A DNA stretch of 64,000 nucleotides, taken from positions 1 through 64,000 of the forward strand of contig NIVC01000925.1 of the NCBI GenBank assembly GCA_002269645.1. The letters are read 5' to 3'. The translations under genes and the position numbers were made by a program. The stretch is from Macrostomum lignano (lineage: Eukaryota). Shown here one piece after another: positions 11,505 to 23,945 of the stretch. Under the pieces are notes generated by a model. That model was not told where the DNA came from. It was given only the letters and a program-made list of their open reading frames with translations, and made no database searches. Each line of letters begins with the position of its first letter. Within the stretch, counting starts at the first letter, position 1.

Positions 11505-11618
11505 GGCTATCCTGTAGTAGTTTCGCACGTTAAATTATTTTACGGAATTATTTTGCCCTCTATTCAAGGGTGGTGGGGGTGGGGGTAATAATTTAACGTG
11601 CGAAACTACAGGATAGCC
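11505..11618. repeat. Small foldback/MITE with about 33-bp inverted arms
   Basis: ggctatcctgtag(tag)tttcgcacgttaaattatt ... aataatttaacgtgcgaaactacaggatagcc. Confidence 0.75.
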
Positions 11619-11699
11619 TAGTGATTTAATTGCAGTGATTTTTCACCTTTTAAACTTTGTCTGACTGGGAATATTCCAACCATTGTGATTGTTCCAACA

Positions 11700-12860
11700 T
11701 GTAATGCAGTTAAATAGTTCTTTTCAGCACTGGACAAACAACAAGATATGAATATTACTGGGTAACCATCTTGTGTGACAACACTGGCAAGTGCACCTTT
11801 GGAGGTATCAGTTGTGAGCAATAACTCCTTTTCTAGCAAATATGGTTGGACCACGGGTGCTGACAAGATTTCCTTTTTTAATGCTATAAAAGCTTTATCA
11901 CACTTGGCTAACTAAAAAAATATAGAGTCATCACACTAAAGGTTATGCAGGCATTTTGTTTTGCTAGCAAGTTTGAAACCAGCCAGCCAAAGAAATTAGC
12001 TAGATTGAGAAATTGCTTCAGTTCCTTGTGGTTTGAAGGCGTAGCTATGTCCAAGATCTTGACAAGTTTATTGTCCAGTCAAATTCTAAAAGCTGAGAAG
12101 CAGAGTCTCAAAAACCTAGAAATGATATTTCGTCACACTCCATAATGCATTATTTATCCTTGTTGATAACTTGACATTCTTTTTGCGCAATCTCATCTTC
12201 ATGGCATGTAGCCATTTGCTAAATGAAGATAAGTTCTTGGCAAAAATAAGCACATTGTCTTGGTAAATGAGCATGCCCTTAAGGTCATAAAGGATGTTTT
12301 CTATTGCTTATTAGAAAATGAAGGATGAATTTTTCATGCCTATTTGAAAGCTGTTGACTTGAAACAAGCCCTTTGATACATTGATAGGTCCTGAGTATTC
12401 TTGTCAAGTTTGATTTGCCAGTAAGCAAATCGCAAATTGATAGCAGATAGAGGCAAATTTCTTTGCATTCTTTAGTTTTGAAAATAGCCTAGGCACTCAA
12501 CATTTGGGATAGGCCTAGGGTACACATTAGGTTTTATCTGGGCATTGACATGGATGCTGTAGTCAAGGCACATTCTGAGTGACCTATCCTTTTTCTTTAC
12601 CCAAACAATAGGCAATGTGTTACTTACAGGGCCCTCAATAGGTTCAATGATGCCTAGAGCTTGCAATCTTTCCAGCTTATAATTTACTGCAGTCTCCATA
12701 CCAATGGGAACTGGGCAGGCCTGGCAGAATCTGGGCTGAGTACTATCAACTAGTAGCATAGTTGCCTTCACACCCTTGATTGTAAGTAGACATGTCGGTG
12801 GTGGCATTGGTGCTAGATTGGGCTGACACACTGTAGAGGTACAATGCAGTGCATTTGGAG
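11700..12860 (-). pseudogene. Ty3/Gypsy LTR-retrotransposon pol relic (RT-RNase H)
   Basis: Minus-strand motifs GIIEP, PIVWVKKKDRSLRMCLDY, LIYQDNVLIF (YxDD degenerate), LTTDTSKGALASVVTQ...SSAEKNY; multiple stops and frameshifts; no LTRs found. Confidence 0.85.
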
Positions 12861-12913
12861 CTTTCATATTGTCATATCATACTTCATATGTCTATCATAT
12901 TCTATTTATTTAT

Positions 12914-13098
12914 AGGATCTAGAGTATCATATCAATAAATTAATAGAAGGTGCAGCAGTTGGAAGTCTTAGTATATTACAAGTAAGGCCAAGATATTGAT
13001 ATTGAGATTTAGGTCAAGATATCTTGGCCTTACTTGTAGTACACTAAAACTTCCAACTGCATCTTCTATTACTTTATTGATATGATATTCTAGATCCT
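12914..13098. repeat. Foldback element with about 80-bp imperfect inverted arms
   Basis: aggatctagagtatcatatcaataaa...aagtaaggccaagatat versus atatcttggccttacttg...tttattgatatgatattctagatcct. Confidence 0.85.
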
Positions 13099-13140
13099 GC
13101 AAAAATATATAGGCCACTATCCTTCCTATATACTAGAAAT

Positions 13141-14695
13141 CCTATATACTAGTGAGTTGTCTGTATCTATCTATCTAGCTATGTGATAGATTTCAGAAAA
13201 ATTGGCTCAACCAATTTTCTTCAAGCTTTTACCATTCGATCAGAAATTTTTCTAGGATGGTACATGCATCTTGGCTAAGAAATTACTCAATGTTAAAGGG
13301 ATTAAATATTCGAAAAACATGCTTTTTTGCAAAGGTCAAGCAAAATTTTCGACTTGAAATTCATTGTAAGAATGCTAAAGAAAAAACTGACTGGCTGAAT
13401 TTCAATTCTGATAAAGATTGCATCATAACAAGGTGAAAACAGTGCCAGAGAAACGCATACAAGACTTGATTAAAATTGCGTAACCATATTGCTAACTTAA
13501 ATTAAGACTGATACTGGCTGACTGAGAAATTGATTATGTCATAAATTTTTACTCTAACTGACTTGCTATAAGTATTGAATTATAAGGGCCACAATTCATG
13601 TGCTCCAATTGAAAAAAGATAGCCTAGATGTAAACAGACTGGACTGCTAATGTAGCAACCTGGGTTTGAATCTTGGTAGCGCAAAATGATTTTTTTATTA
13701 AAACACCTTAAAAACAAAAAACTGCTAAACATAAAAGAAGCGCAATGTCAAACATAAAAGAGCCACCATTTCGAACATAAAAGAGTTACCATTAAGAACA
13801 TTAAAGAGCCACCATGTCGAAACATTAAAGAGCCACCATGTCAAACATTAAAGAGCCACAATGTCAAACATTAAAGAGCCACCATGTCAAACATTAAAGA
13901 GCCACCATGTCAAACATAAAAGAGCCACCTTTTTGAACATTAAAGAGCCACCATTTCGAACATTAAAGAGCCACCATGTCAAACATAATAGAGCCACCAT
14001 GTCAAATATTAAAAAGCCACTTTGTCAAACATAGAAGAGCCCCCATGTCAAACATAGAAGAGCCCCCATGTCAAACATAGAAGAGCCCCCATGTCAAACA
14101 TAGAAGAGCCACCATGTCAGACATTGAAAAGCCACCGTATCAAACATAAAAAAGTTACCATGTACAAGCGTAGAACATAAAAGAGCCACCCTGTTAAACA
14201 TAAAAGATATACAATTTCAAACGTAAAAGTAAGCGAATTTTAAAGGAGCCGCTATAATGCTAAGGAAATTGTTGCACTAGCTACTTATTGTCTGGTGGAT
14301 GCTTGCTACTTGGGTGATGCTTGCTATCTGGGGGATGCTTGCTATCTGGGGGATGCTTGCTATCTGGGGGATGCTTGCTATCTTGGGGATGCTTGCTATC
14401 TGGGGGATGCTTGCTATCTGGGGGATGCTTGCTATCTAGGGAATGCTTGCTATCTGGGGATGCTTGCTATCTTAGGGATGCTTGCTATCTGGGGGATGCT
14501 TGCGGTCTTGGGATGATTTCTTTTTGCAATGCACTTCATTTGAGCAGTTTGTCTGTTGTCTTTGTCAAGGATTTTTGGCTATCTTTGTCAAGGATTTTTG
14601 GCTGTCTTTGTCAAGGATTTTTGGCTGTCTTTTTGTTACTTGTAGAGAACAGAGATTCTATCTAGATGTCCCCCATCGGGGGTGAAGATTGCTAG
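13141..14695 (+). mobile_element. Non-autonomous Helitron-like unit, family A paralog
   Basis: The 5' about 550 bp are clearly homologous to 14758-15370 (ttcgatcagaaattt...gaaaaacatgcttttttgcaaaggtcaagc...). It contains a 23-bp array (about 13730-14215) and an 18-bp array (14295-14515), and ends with hairpin CCCCC-ATC-GGGGG then CTAG. Confidence 0.65.
13730..14215 (+). repeat. 23-bp minisatellite (AAACATTAAAGAGCCACCATGTC)n
   Basis: About 20 tandem units. Confidence 0.9.
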
Positions 14696-14757
14696 TATAT
14701 ACTAGAAATGATACTCTACTAGATATAACTAGATATACTTATATATATATATCATAT

Positions 14758-17742
14758 TCTATATATATATCCAATATACTAAAAATGGTCTGTCTGTGTC
14801 TATCTATCTATCTATGTGATCGATTAGAGAAAAAATGGCTGGACGGATTTTGTTCGAACTTGCACTGTTCGATCAGAAATTTTCCCGTGACTGTACATGC
14901 ATCGTGGCTAAGAAATTGCTCGATGCTAAAGGCATTAAATATTCGAAAAACATGCTTTTTTGCAAAGGTCAAGCAAACTTTTCGACTTGAAATGCATTGT
15001 AAGAATGCTAGAGAAAAAACTGACTGGTTGAATTCTGATTCTGAAATAGATTGCATCATAACTGAATTGTAACTCCGACTTGAATTGAAAATGCAGTTTG
15101 GAAGCGTAGCACCAGACTTGATTTAAATTGCGTAACCATGCATATTGTTAACTGATACTGACTGACTGAGAAATTGATTATGTCATAACTGCTTTGTGTG
15201 ATTTACTCTATGCTTGGATTTTAAAGTGTTGAATTATATAAGTGCAAAATTTGATGAGAGCTAGCCTAGAGGTGAACAAACTGAACTGCTAAATGCAGCG
15301 ACGATGGTTCGAATTTTCATAGAGTATAATTTTTTTATTAAAGCTTTTCAACGTCAGGAAAACTAAAAGACTTTTTAAAAAGAAGCGTCATGTAAAAAAT
15401 CATAGAAGCGTCATATAAAAAATCATAGAAGCGTCATGTAAAAATCATAGAAGCGTCATGTAAAAAATCATAGAAGCGTCATATAAAAAATCATAGAAGC
15501 GTCATTTAAAAAATCATAGAAACGTCATGTAAAAATCATAGAAGCGTCATGTAAAGAATCATAGAAGCGTCATGTAAAAAATCGTAAAAACGTCATATAA
15601 AAATCATAGAAGCGTCATGTAAACAATCATAGAAACGTCATGTAAACAATGATAGAAGCGTCATGTAAACAATCATAGAAGCGTCATGTAAAGAATCGTA
15701 GAAGCGTCATGTAAAAAATCATAGAAGCGTCATGTAAAAAATCGTAGAAGCGTCATATAAAAATCATAGAAGCGTCATTTAAAAAATCATAGAAGCATCA
15801 TGTAAAAAATCATAGAAGCGTCATGTAAAGAATCGTAGAAGCGTCATGTAAAAAATCATAGAAGCGTCATGTAAACAATCATAGAAGCGTCATGTAAAAA
15901 AGTCATAGAAGCGTCATGTAAACAATCGTAGAAGCGTCATATAAAAAATCATAGAAGCGTCATGTAAAAAATCGTAAAAGCGTCATATAAAAATCATAGA
16001 AGCGTCATGTAAACAATCATAGAAGCGTCATGTAAAAAATCATACAAGCGTCATGTAAACAATCATAGAAGCGTCATGTAAACAATCATAGAAGCGTCAT
16101 GTAAAGAATCGTAGAAGCGTCATGTAAAGAATCGTAGAAGCGTCATGTAAAGAATCGTAGAAGCGTCATGTAAAAAATCATAGAAGTGTCATGTAAAAAA
16201 GTCATAGAAGCGTCATATAAAAATCATAGAAGCGTCATTTAAAAAATCATAAGAGCGTCATGTAAAAAATCATAGAAGTGTCATGTAAAGAATCGTAGAA
16301 GCGTCATATAAAAATCATAGAAGCGTCATGTAAACAATCGTAGAAGCGTCATGTAAACAATCGTAGAAGCGTCATATAAAAATCATAGAAGCGTCATGTA
16401 AACAATCATAGAAGCGTCATGTAAAAAATCATAGAAGCGTCATGTAAAAAAGTCATAGAAGCGTCATGTAAACAATCGTAGAAGCGTCATATAAAAATCA
16501 TAGAAGCGTCATTTAAAAAACCATAGAAGCGTCATGTAAACAATCATAGAAGCGTCATGTAAACAATCATAGAAGCGTCATGTAAACAATCATAGAAGCG
16601 TCATGTAGAAATCCAAAGAAGCGTCATGTCAGACATTGAAGGTGTCATGTAAAAATTGAATGAAGCTATAGTACAGTGCTGTGCTGGGGAGAATTACTGA
16701 GACGTCAAGGCTCACAGAGAATAACTGAGATTACAGGTGGGGGGGGTTTCTGAGATGTCAAAGCAAAAGTCAGAAGCTACTTCAAAGTTCATGTACTTTA
16801 CTCAATTTTTTATTGCATTCTTTGTTGGCTCGCCACGGGGGGTGCTGATAGAAGCAGAGTCATGTAAAAAATAAAAGTAGCACTACGTATACATAAAAGA
16901 AAAGTCATGTCGAAGTTAAAATATTCATTTGGGAATTGCTACAATGTCAAAGCTTGGTGGAAATCGTTATAGTGCTTGATTCTTAAAGAAGGAATCACTA
17001 AAATGTCAAGGCTTAGGGGAGAAGAATTGCTGAGATTTCAAGGCTTTAGGTTGGGTTAAAGTTAGGTTTAGGTCAGGTGTGGGTTGAGGGTTATATTTTA
17101 TCGGGTTTCAAGGTTAACAGAATAACAGGGGATTTTTTAGATTTCAAGGTTTATGGGGGCCATCGCTGACATGTTAAGGCTTACGGGGGAATAGCTGAGA
17201 TGTCAAGGCTCACGGGGTATAAATGAGATTTCAAGGCTAAAGTCAGAAGCTACATGTAGTTTATTGAAAACTTTTTATTACATTATTTGATGCCTCCTCA
17301 GGGGAGGGATTGCTGATAGAAAAAGCGTAATGTAAAAAATAAAAGAAGCTTCATGTCGAAGTTAAGAGATTCATTTGGGAATCCCTACGATGTCGAGGCT
17401 TGCAGGGAATCGCTATAATGCTGTAGTAGTGCTATAATGACTCAGAATTACTGAAATTTCAATGTTTTAGGGTAAGGTTAGGGTTAGGGTTAGGGTTAGG
17501 CTAGGGTTAGGGTTAGAAGGTTAACAGATATTTTTAGATTTCCAAGGCTTATTGGGAGCATTGCTGAGATGTCAAGGGGGGAAGTTGATATGTTAAAGCT
17601 TGTGGGGGGGGGGAATTACTGACATGTCCAGGCTTACAAGGTTTGACAAGAGATTTTTTAAGATTTCAAGGATACATGTAGCTTATTAAAAAAACGTGTA
17701 TTGCATTTCTTTGGCTCCCCAACGGGGGGCGTAGATTGCTAG
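14758..17742 (+). mobile_element. Non-autonomous Helitron-like unit, family A
   Basis: TC start; 22-23 bp satellite at about 15380-16630; TTAGGG tract at 17467-17516; hairpin CCCC-AAC-GGGG then CTAG at 17739-17742. Confidence 0.65.
17467..17516 (+). repeat. Interstitial telomere-like repeat (TTAGGG)n
   Basis: Duplicate of 3077-3126. Confidence 0.9.
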
Positions 17743-19392
17743 TATATAATAAAAAATATAATTAAAAGCAAAATACCCTGTCCTTAGTCTGGACTTGGAA
17801 ATCTAGAAATTTTCTGTAATTGTACCTATATGGCATATGGGGAGTCTAATGATTTTATTCTGGTCTAGATAGCCTTAGTATATATATAAATATTATATTA
17901 TATTATATTATAGATATTGATATATAAATATATCTGCTAATATAAATATTAGCCGATTTTTTTAATTTTTAATTTTTTAATTTTTTTAATTTTTTAAATT
18001 ATAAATATATTTGCTAGGCCTAATATATATATACTAAGGCTATCTAGACCAGAATAAAATCATTAGACTCCCTATATGCCATATGGGTACAATTACAGAA
18101 AATTTCTAGATTTCCAAGTTTAGACTATGGACAGGCTATTTTGCTTTTAATTATTTTTTGATAATTAGGCCCCTATCTCATAGACTTTTGGCCATAATAA
18201 AAATCATCAGTTAAGCATCAGTATAACAATTCGTGGATGACTTTTTCATCCAAAGTTAAAGAGTTGTTTGCAAAAAATTTTTGGCGACTCTTTTTCATAT
18301 CATCATTTTCAATAGGTTAAGATTGACATGAGCTACATATATTTATAGATACCATTGACATCTAGAATGGACTTTGGAAGACACATTTTCATGGAAATAA
18401 TGGTCAATCATTTGCATACTTCTTATAGTAGGAAGTCAAGAATCTTACTAAAGATTGTATACAAGTACTACTTTGATATGAAAGTAATAAAGATATTGTT
18501 AATGGAAAGTATACCATGACAAAGCCAAAGAATAATACTCTTGCGATTTTTTTCCTTATCTCTTTTGTCTTAATCCCCAGATATCTAGAGATATCTGAAT
18601 CTAAAAATCTATTTATAGATTTTTGTTTGTTACCACAATATTTTATGATATTTTTTGTAACTGCATATATACATACAAAAATATCATAAAATATTGTGGT
18701 GACAAAAATCTGTAAAATAACACTTTAAACACTAAAATCTATTATGAAATAAAAAAGTTATAGACATTTTACTGCAAAAAACTTGCTTTTTGCCCAAAAA
18801 TGGCACAGTTTTTAGTGTATTTGAGATAGGGAACAAACACCATTTTTTTGAAACAAAAAACTTTATAACTTTTTTATTACTTGATCAATTTTCAAAAGTT
18901 TGGTGTCATTTCACTCATAAAATACAGGGCTACAACATGACATAGTTTAAATTTGGAATTCAAAAACATTTTTTTTCTCACTTGACCCCCTATTCCTATG
19001 TAGCCTATATCTCTACATATAAAAATCAAAACTGTCTGTCTGTGTGTGAACAATTTTGATTGCTTTGGACTCCCAAACCACTCAGCCAAACTACACCAAA
19101 CAGTGGCGGCGCAGGACCTCCAGCTGGGGGGGGGGTGGTGGTTGGGTGGTCACCCCCCCGGCTGGGTGGTCACCCCCAGAAAAAATTATCAAAAAAATTA
19201 TCATTAAAGTTGATCTAAAATCCTTAACTCTTCAATAATTAAATGTAATTATGTAAATACTTTCAAGCACATAGTAAAAATACTTTACAGACAATCAAAT
19301 ACCTTCAGTCTTCAGATGACCCAATGATTGTCCTACAGGTTCCATCGTATGATCTTCATGCCCTCAGTTGAGGCGGTTCTATGGGCCATGGC

Positions 19393-21030
19393 CAGTGCTG
19401 GGCAAGTTAATCAATTTTTTTAACTCGTTAAAAGTTAAAAAGTTAATTTAATTGCTCCAAAAAAATTAACTGTAACTAGTTAATTATTTAACTTTTGCCC
19501 AAAATTTAACTTCTGAAAAGTTAAAAGTTAAAGTTAATAATTCCCTAACAGTAAAAGTGACATTTTCCTGGACATGTGTTCACTGTGTTTTTTAAATTTC
19601 AGGTCGGCGCGGCGCGGCTGTGGCCAGGTCGCGGCGCCCTGGGGAGCTTGTCAGGGAATACTCCCCTGGGAATTAGACCGGGGACCCTGGGGAGAAAAAA
19701 AGCATTTTTAACTAAATTTTTGCCATTTAAATAAGAAAATCATTCACAGAAAGCTGATTGAAACTCTGTCTATGCTTTTTTTACCACAAAACTGCTTATT
19801 TCAATGTATTATTTCAAACACAACACACGTTTGAATGGGGGGGGGGTTCAGAAGACTGAAATTTCACAACGCCGAAACACCATACTTCACAAGACCGAAA
19901 CTTCATAAGACCAAAATTTCACATTGTAGAAAACTTTACAATAAGGATTGTATTGCATGTAGAATTTTCGGCGTTGTGAAATTTCGGTCTTATGAAATTA
20001 GCGACCCGTTTGAATGTTTTTTTTCACTATGAGTCTTTTAATCAAGCAAATTGAATGTACGAGCATAGAAACCTGTCAGGAAAAAGAAGCCTTACTGACT
20101 ATTGTGTTGGTCTACGTTGACGGCTTGACAGATTTGACACAGGCACAGCGCCATATCCTGTGTCAGTCACTGACGCATAGGGGGGTGTCATACAATAACA
20201 AAATACTCCGTATTAGACAGGACAAAATGGTGATTTACATGTATCTACAAGAAATTAAAATTCCGATTATAAAAACAGTCTCATTCATTAATTATCCTCC
20301 CACGAGTGCAGCTGCTGAGTATGCATTTTCCGCCTCCGGAGTCTGGACCCTTTCTGATAAAGGTGCGCACACGATTTGGTGATGCCATGTTGTCAAATAC
20401 AGTTTTAAACAAACATTGCTTAAATTTTTTACCCTTGCGCCTTGAATATGTAGTCCATCCAAAGCTGTAATCAAAGTTTAAAAAATGCCACTTAGTGACT
20501 TATAAAGATCTAAGTTATCCGCCGTTTTTTACTTATTTTTTCCCCGGGGTCCCCGTGGAATGACAGTAAGTTCCCCAGGTCCCCAATAAGAAAATTCCCT
20601 GGGGAATCGACATCCCTATGTACAACGATAACTTCTAGTAGTCATTGGGTAGAATATCAATAGATAATAGTTGAAGATTCCAGAATCTTCCGGAATATTC
20701 TATACATTATAACTTGTAACTGAAATATATACATGTAATAGTTTGTGACGCATTAAATAATGCTTAGAAAGGCGAAGTTATTTTATGTATGTATTAATTT
20801 TACTTTTTAATGGCATATAAGCTGTTGAAACCCGCGGATTTTGAACCCGGGGAACTCCATTTCCCGGAATTATTAACTTTTGTCATTTAACTTTAACTTA
20901 CAGGAAAAAATTAACGATTTTTGTTAACTAGTTAATACATAAAAAATTTAACGAAAATTTAACGATTTTTTAAAAAATTTAACTAGTTAATTAACTAGTT
21001 AAACAATTAACTAGTTAACGCCCAGCACTG
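19393..21030. mobile_element. Nested non-autonomous hAT element (1638 bp)
   Basis: TIR CAGTGCTGGGC / GCCCAGCACTG; perfect 8-bp TSD GCCATGGC at 19385-19392 and 21031-21038. Internal relic PPTSAAAEYAFSASG (about 20295-20340) resembles the hAT dimerization-domain motif. Confidence 0.9.
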
Positions 21031-21171
21031 GCCATGGCCACTCCCATTGAGCCTGACAAGTGCAGTCGATCTCTTGGATGGTTGGGCCAACAGATGATCA
21101 GGATCCAGGTTGACTTGATGGACAGAAATATTTCAGTTTTCAGCAACTGCGAGTGCAACACACTACTTGAA

Positions 21172-23945
21172 CTAGAGTGCACCAAGGCGGGACTTTTTTT
21201 TGGCAAAGGTATTGATGATTTTGCTGAAGTCCAGAGCTTTGGCCTCTTCCTGCTCAATGGAAAGGATGGAGAGACCATCAAGCCGAGCTTGAGACATGGT
21301 TGACCGTAGGTAACTCTTGATGAGCTTCAGCTTTGAAAAGCTTCTTTCGCAGGATGCAACAGACACAGCCAAGGTCAAAAACAGCCGCAACAGCACAATG
21401 AGGTTAGGCAGGACATCCTGTAGCTCTATCCTAAGAGCCCATTGTAGCACTTCCTCTGCAGTGGACTTCTCATTGATCTCGCTAGGCACCAATCTTCGGA
21501 GTTGATGAACTTCGACCTCAAGGTCTTTAGAGATATCCTTGGGGAAAGTCTCTACAACTTTTTCCACCTCCTCTCCAATGTTTCTTTTTGTGAAGAGGAC
21601 GTCAATGAGGCAGAAAATATCGCAGGTCGATTTGATGGCGTCAAATCTGGAAGAAAGCTCCTGACACAACCTGTCATGGGATGATAATAATTGCCTTCGA
21701 ATTTCTTCCTTTGGGGTCAAGCCCACATCCTTGGCGTTCTCTCCTGGCATCCTCTTTCGTTGTGGCATGCGTTTTTCCATCGTGACCCCCATTTTCTCAC
21801 AGAGGGACTCTGCCTCATGGACTGCATCACTGACAACATCTTCTCGTGACTGATTCAAAAAGTGCTCAAGCCCAACAACACGAACCTTAGTTGAGTCAAG
21901 ACCCAATCCTCTCTGTTGAAAAGCCTTTTGAACGACGTTGATCTCCTTCAGGATGGGCTCCCAATAGTGCAGATGGGCAAAGAACGAGAAGGAGCAGATG
22001 GCTGTGGACAGAGAAATTGCCTCCAACCTTGTGTTGACAGAGAAGGTTTGGTCTTTGCTCATGTTGTCCAGTACATCCAGGATATTCTCCAATCAAGCCC
22101 GTAGAGCTCGTACGGCCTCATAGTGAGCATTCCATCTCATCTCAATTAGCCTCTTTGGCTTGAGGTCTTGCCCATCAATGTCGATCTGGGCTTCCAAAGC
22201 AGCCCAACGACCAGTCAAAGCCGAGAAGAAAGTGAAGACTCTCTGAACAGTCCCGAAGAAGGTCATAGCCCCTATAGTTGTGGAACATGCGTGTGATCCG
22301 GCAAGGTTGAGGCTTTGATTGGAGCAAGGGATAAACCTTGCAAGGGGGTTTTGGTCCCTGATCAACTTCTGAACACCTCCATGGACTCCAGACATGTTTG
22401 CTGCATTGTCATAGCCCTGACCACGGCAGTTCTGAATGTCGAGATCAAGATCTTCCAGCCTCTTGATGATTTTGTCAGAGATCTGCTGCGCTTGATGTCC
22501 ATCGAGTTTCAGGAATCCAAGAAATGACTCTACAGGATTCCCGTGGCAGTCCACATACCTGATGACAATGCTGAGTTGATCCACATAAGACATGTCCGGT
22601 GTGCTGTCAAGCATTATTGAGAAGTATCTGGCCTCCTTGATCTTCCCAATAAGGACTCTCCTTACCTCTTCTACGAGAAGAGCAATAAATTCATTTTGGA
22701 TATCCTTTGACATGTATGTGATCTTCCTCTTATTCTGCTTCCCCTGATCATCCTGGAGATAGGCAGCCAGGACTGGGTCAAAACGCGCTATCATTTTCAC
22801 AAGTTCAAGGAAGTTGCCTTGATTCTCGCTGTCCAGTCCCTCTCAGTGGCCACAAAAGGCAAGGCTTTGTTGAGCGAGGTAGAGGATGATTGCCAGGATC
22901 CTCTCTAGAACTGCAACAAGCTTCTGCCAATTGTCTTCTAGAATTGTCTCTATCACAACATCCATAGTTGTCTTCATTGACATCGCCTTCCATTGAAGCA
23001 GGCACTCGTTGTGCTCATTTGAATTTTCGTGGTTCTCTACTTTTGGATTCAACTTGCCCCAGTTCCTGAACCCTTGGGTGACAAAGAGACTGGACTTGTT
23101 TCCCTTAAGCAGCTTGCAGCAAAGCAGAAGAGGGCACCAGCTTTTGGTGAGTATACCATCCAAGTTCTCAGCGTTCTCTCTCCATTCACTTGAGTCCGAT
23201 AGAACCATGAGCAGTCCAAAGTGCGTGGGTAGTTTTCTCCTGCCTTCTTGTGCACGTGGAATGGTCCATCCTTGTGCTGGATTGCTATTGAGCCAGCCTC
23301 GATGATCATCTTCCTTACAGCTGGTGACATGACTTGTGGCCAGTCAGCAATGTCATGAAATGGTACTTCATCTGCATTACCACTGCCTTCTTCATTTGAA
23401 TCAATTGGAATTGGATGTCCTTCATCATGTTCCTCATCACTTGCTGTCTTCTCCTCTTCATCTTCTGTGCCAGCAAACACCTGAGCCTCATCTCCTCTAT
23501 CCTTTTCTTCAGCAACCAGCACACGATCCTCATCTCCTCCATCCTTCTCTTCAGCAACCAGCACACGATCCTCATCTCTTCCATCTTTCTCTTCAGCAAC
23601 CAGCACACGATCCTCATCTCCTCCATCCTTCTCTTCAGCATCCAGCACACGATCCTCATCTCCTCCATCCTTCTCTTCAGCAACCAGCACACGATCCTCA
23701 TCTCCTCCATCCTTCTCTTCAGCAACCAGCACCTGATCCTCATCTTCTTCATCTTTATCCTTTGTACCAACCAAATGATCCTTATCAACTACATTCTGCC
23801 CTTGGTTTTCAACTTCGCCATCTCTGGAAGTGAAGAAATTGCGTAGGTCAATTGTATTTTCTTTGGCTGCCTCCTCTCTGCGTCGTTTTTCTTGCCTTTG
23901 GGCAGCCCCACTTGGTCTATTGAGATGAATTCGGTGTCTTTTCAT
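21172..23945 (-). pseudogene. hAT transposase pseudogene (TTF-type zinc finger, DUF4371, dimerization domain)
   Basis: Motifs WMVYSP..GALFCF.CKL, GFRNW, GNFLEL, YFSIMLDSTPDMS, RGQGYDNAANMSG, RW, SCERSFSKLKLIKSYLRSTM. One frameshift near 23121 (T-run one base short); in-frame TGA at 22843-22845 and 22093-22095; CxxH reads CSNQ. Confidence 0.92.
23490..23760 (-). repeat. 42-bp in-frame repeat (DEDRVLVAEEKDGG)x6 in the transposase N-terminus
   Basis: Direct tandem repeat that keeps the reading frame. Confidence 0.9.

Larger units (their letters stand above)
14313..20038 (+). repeat. Copy 2 of the duplicated block
   Basis: Collinear with 1-5641; here the hAT element continues intact past 20038. 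Confidence 0.95.
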
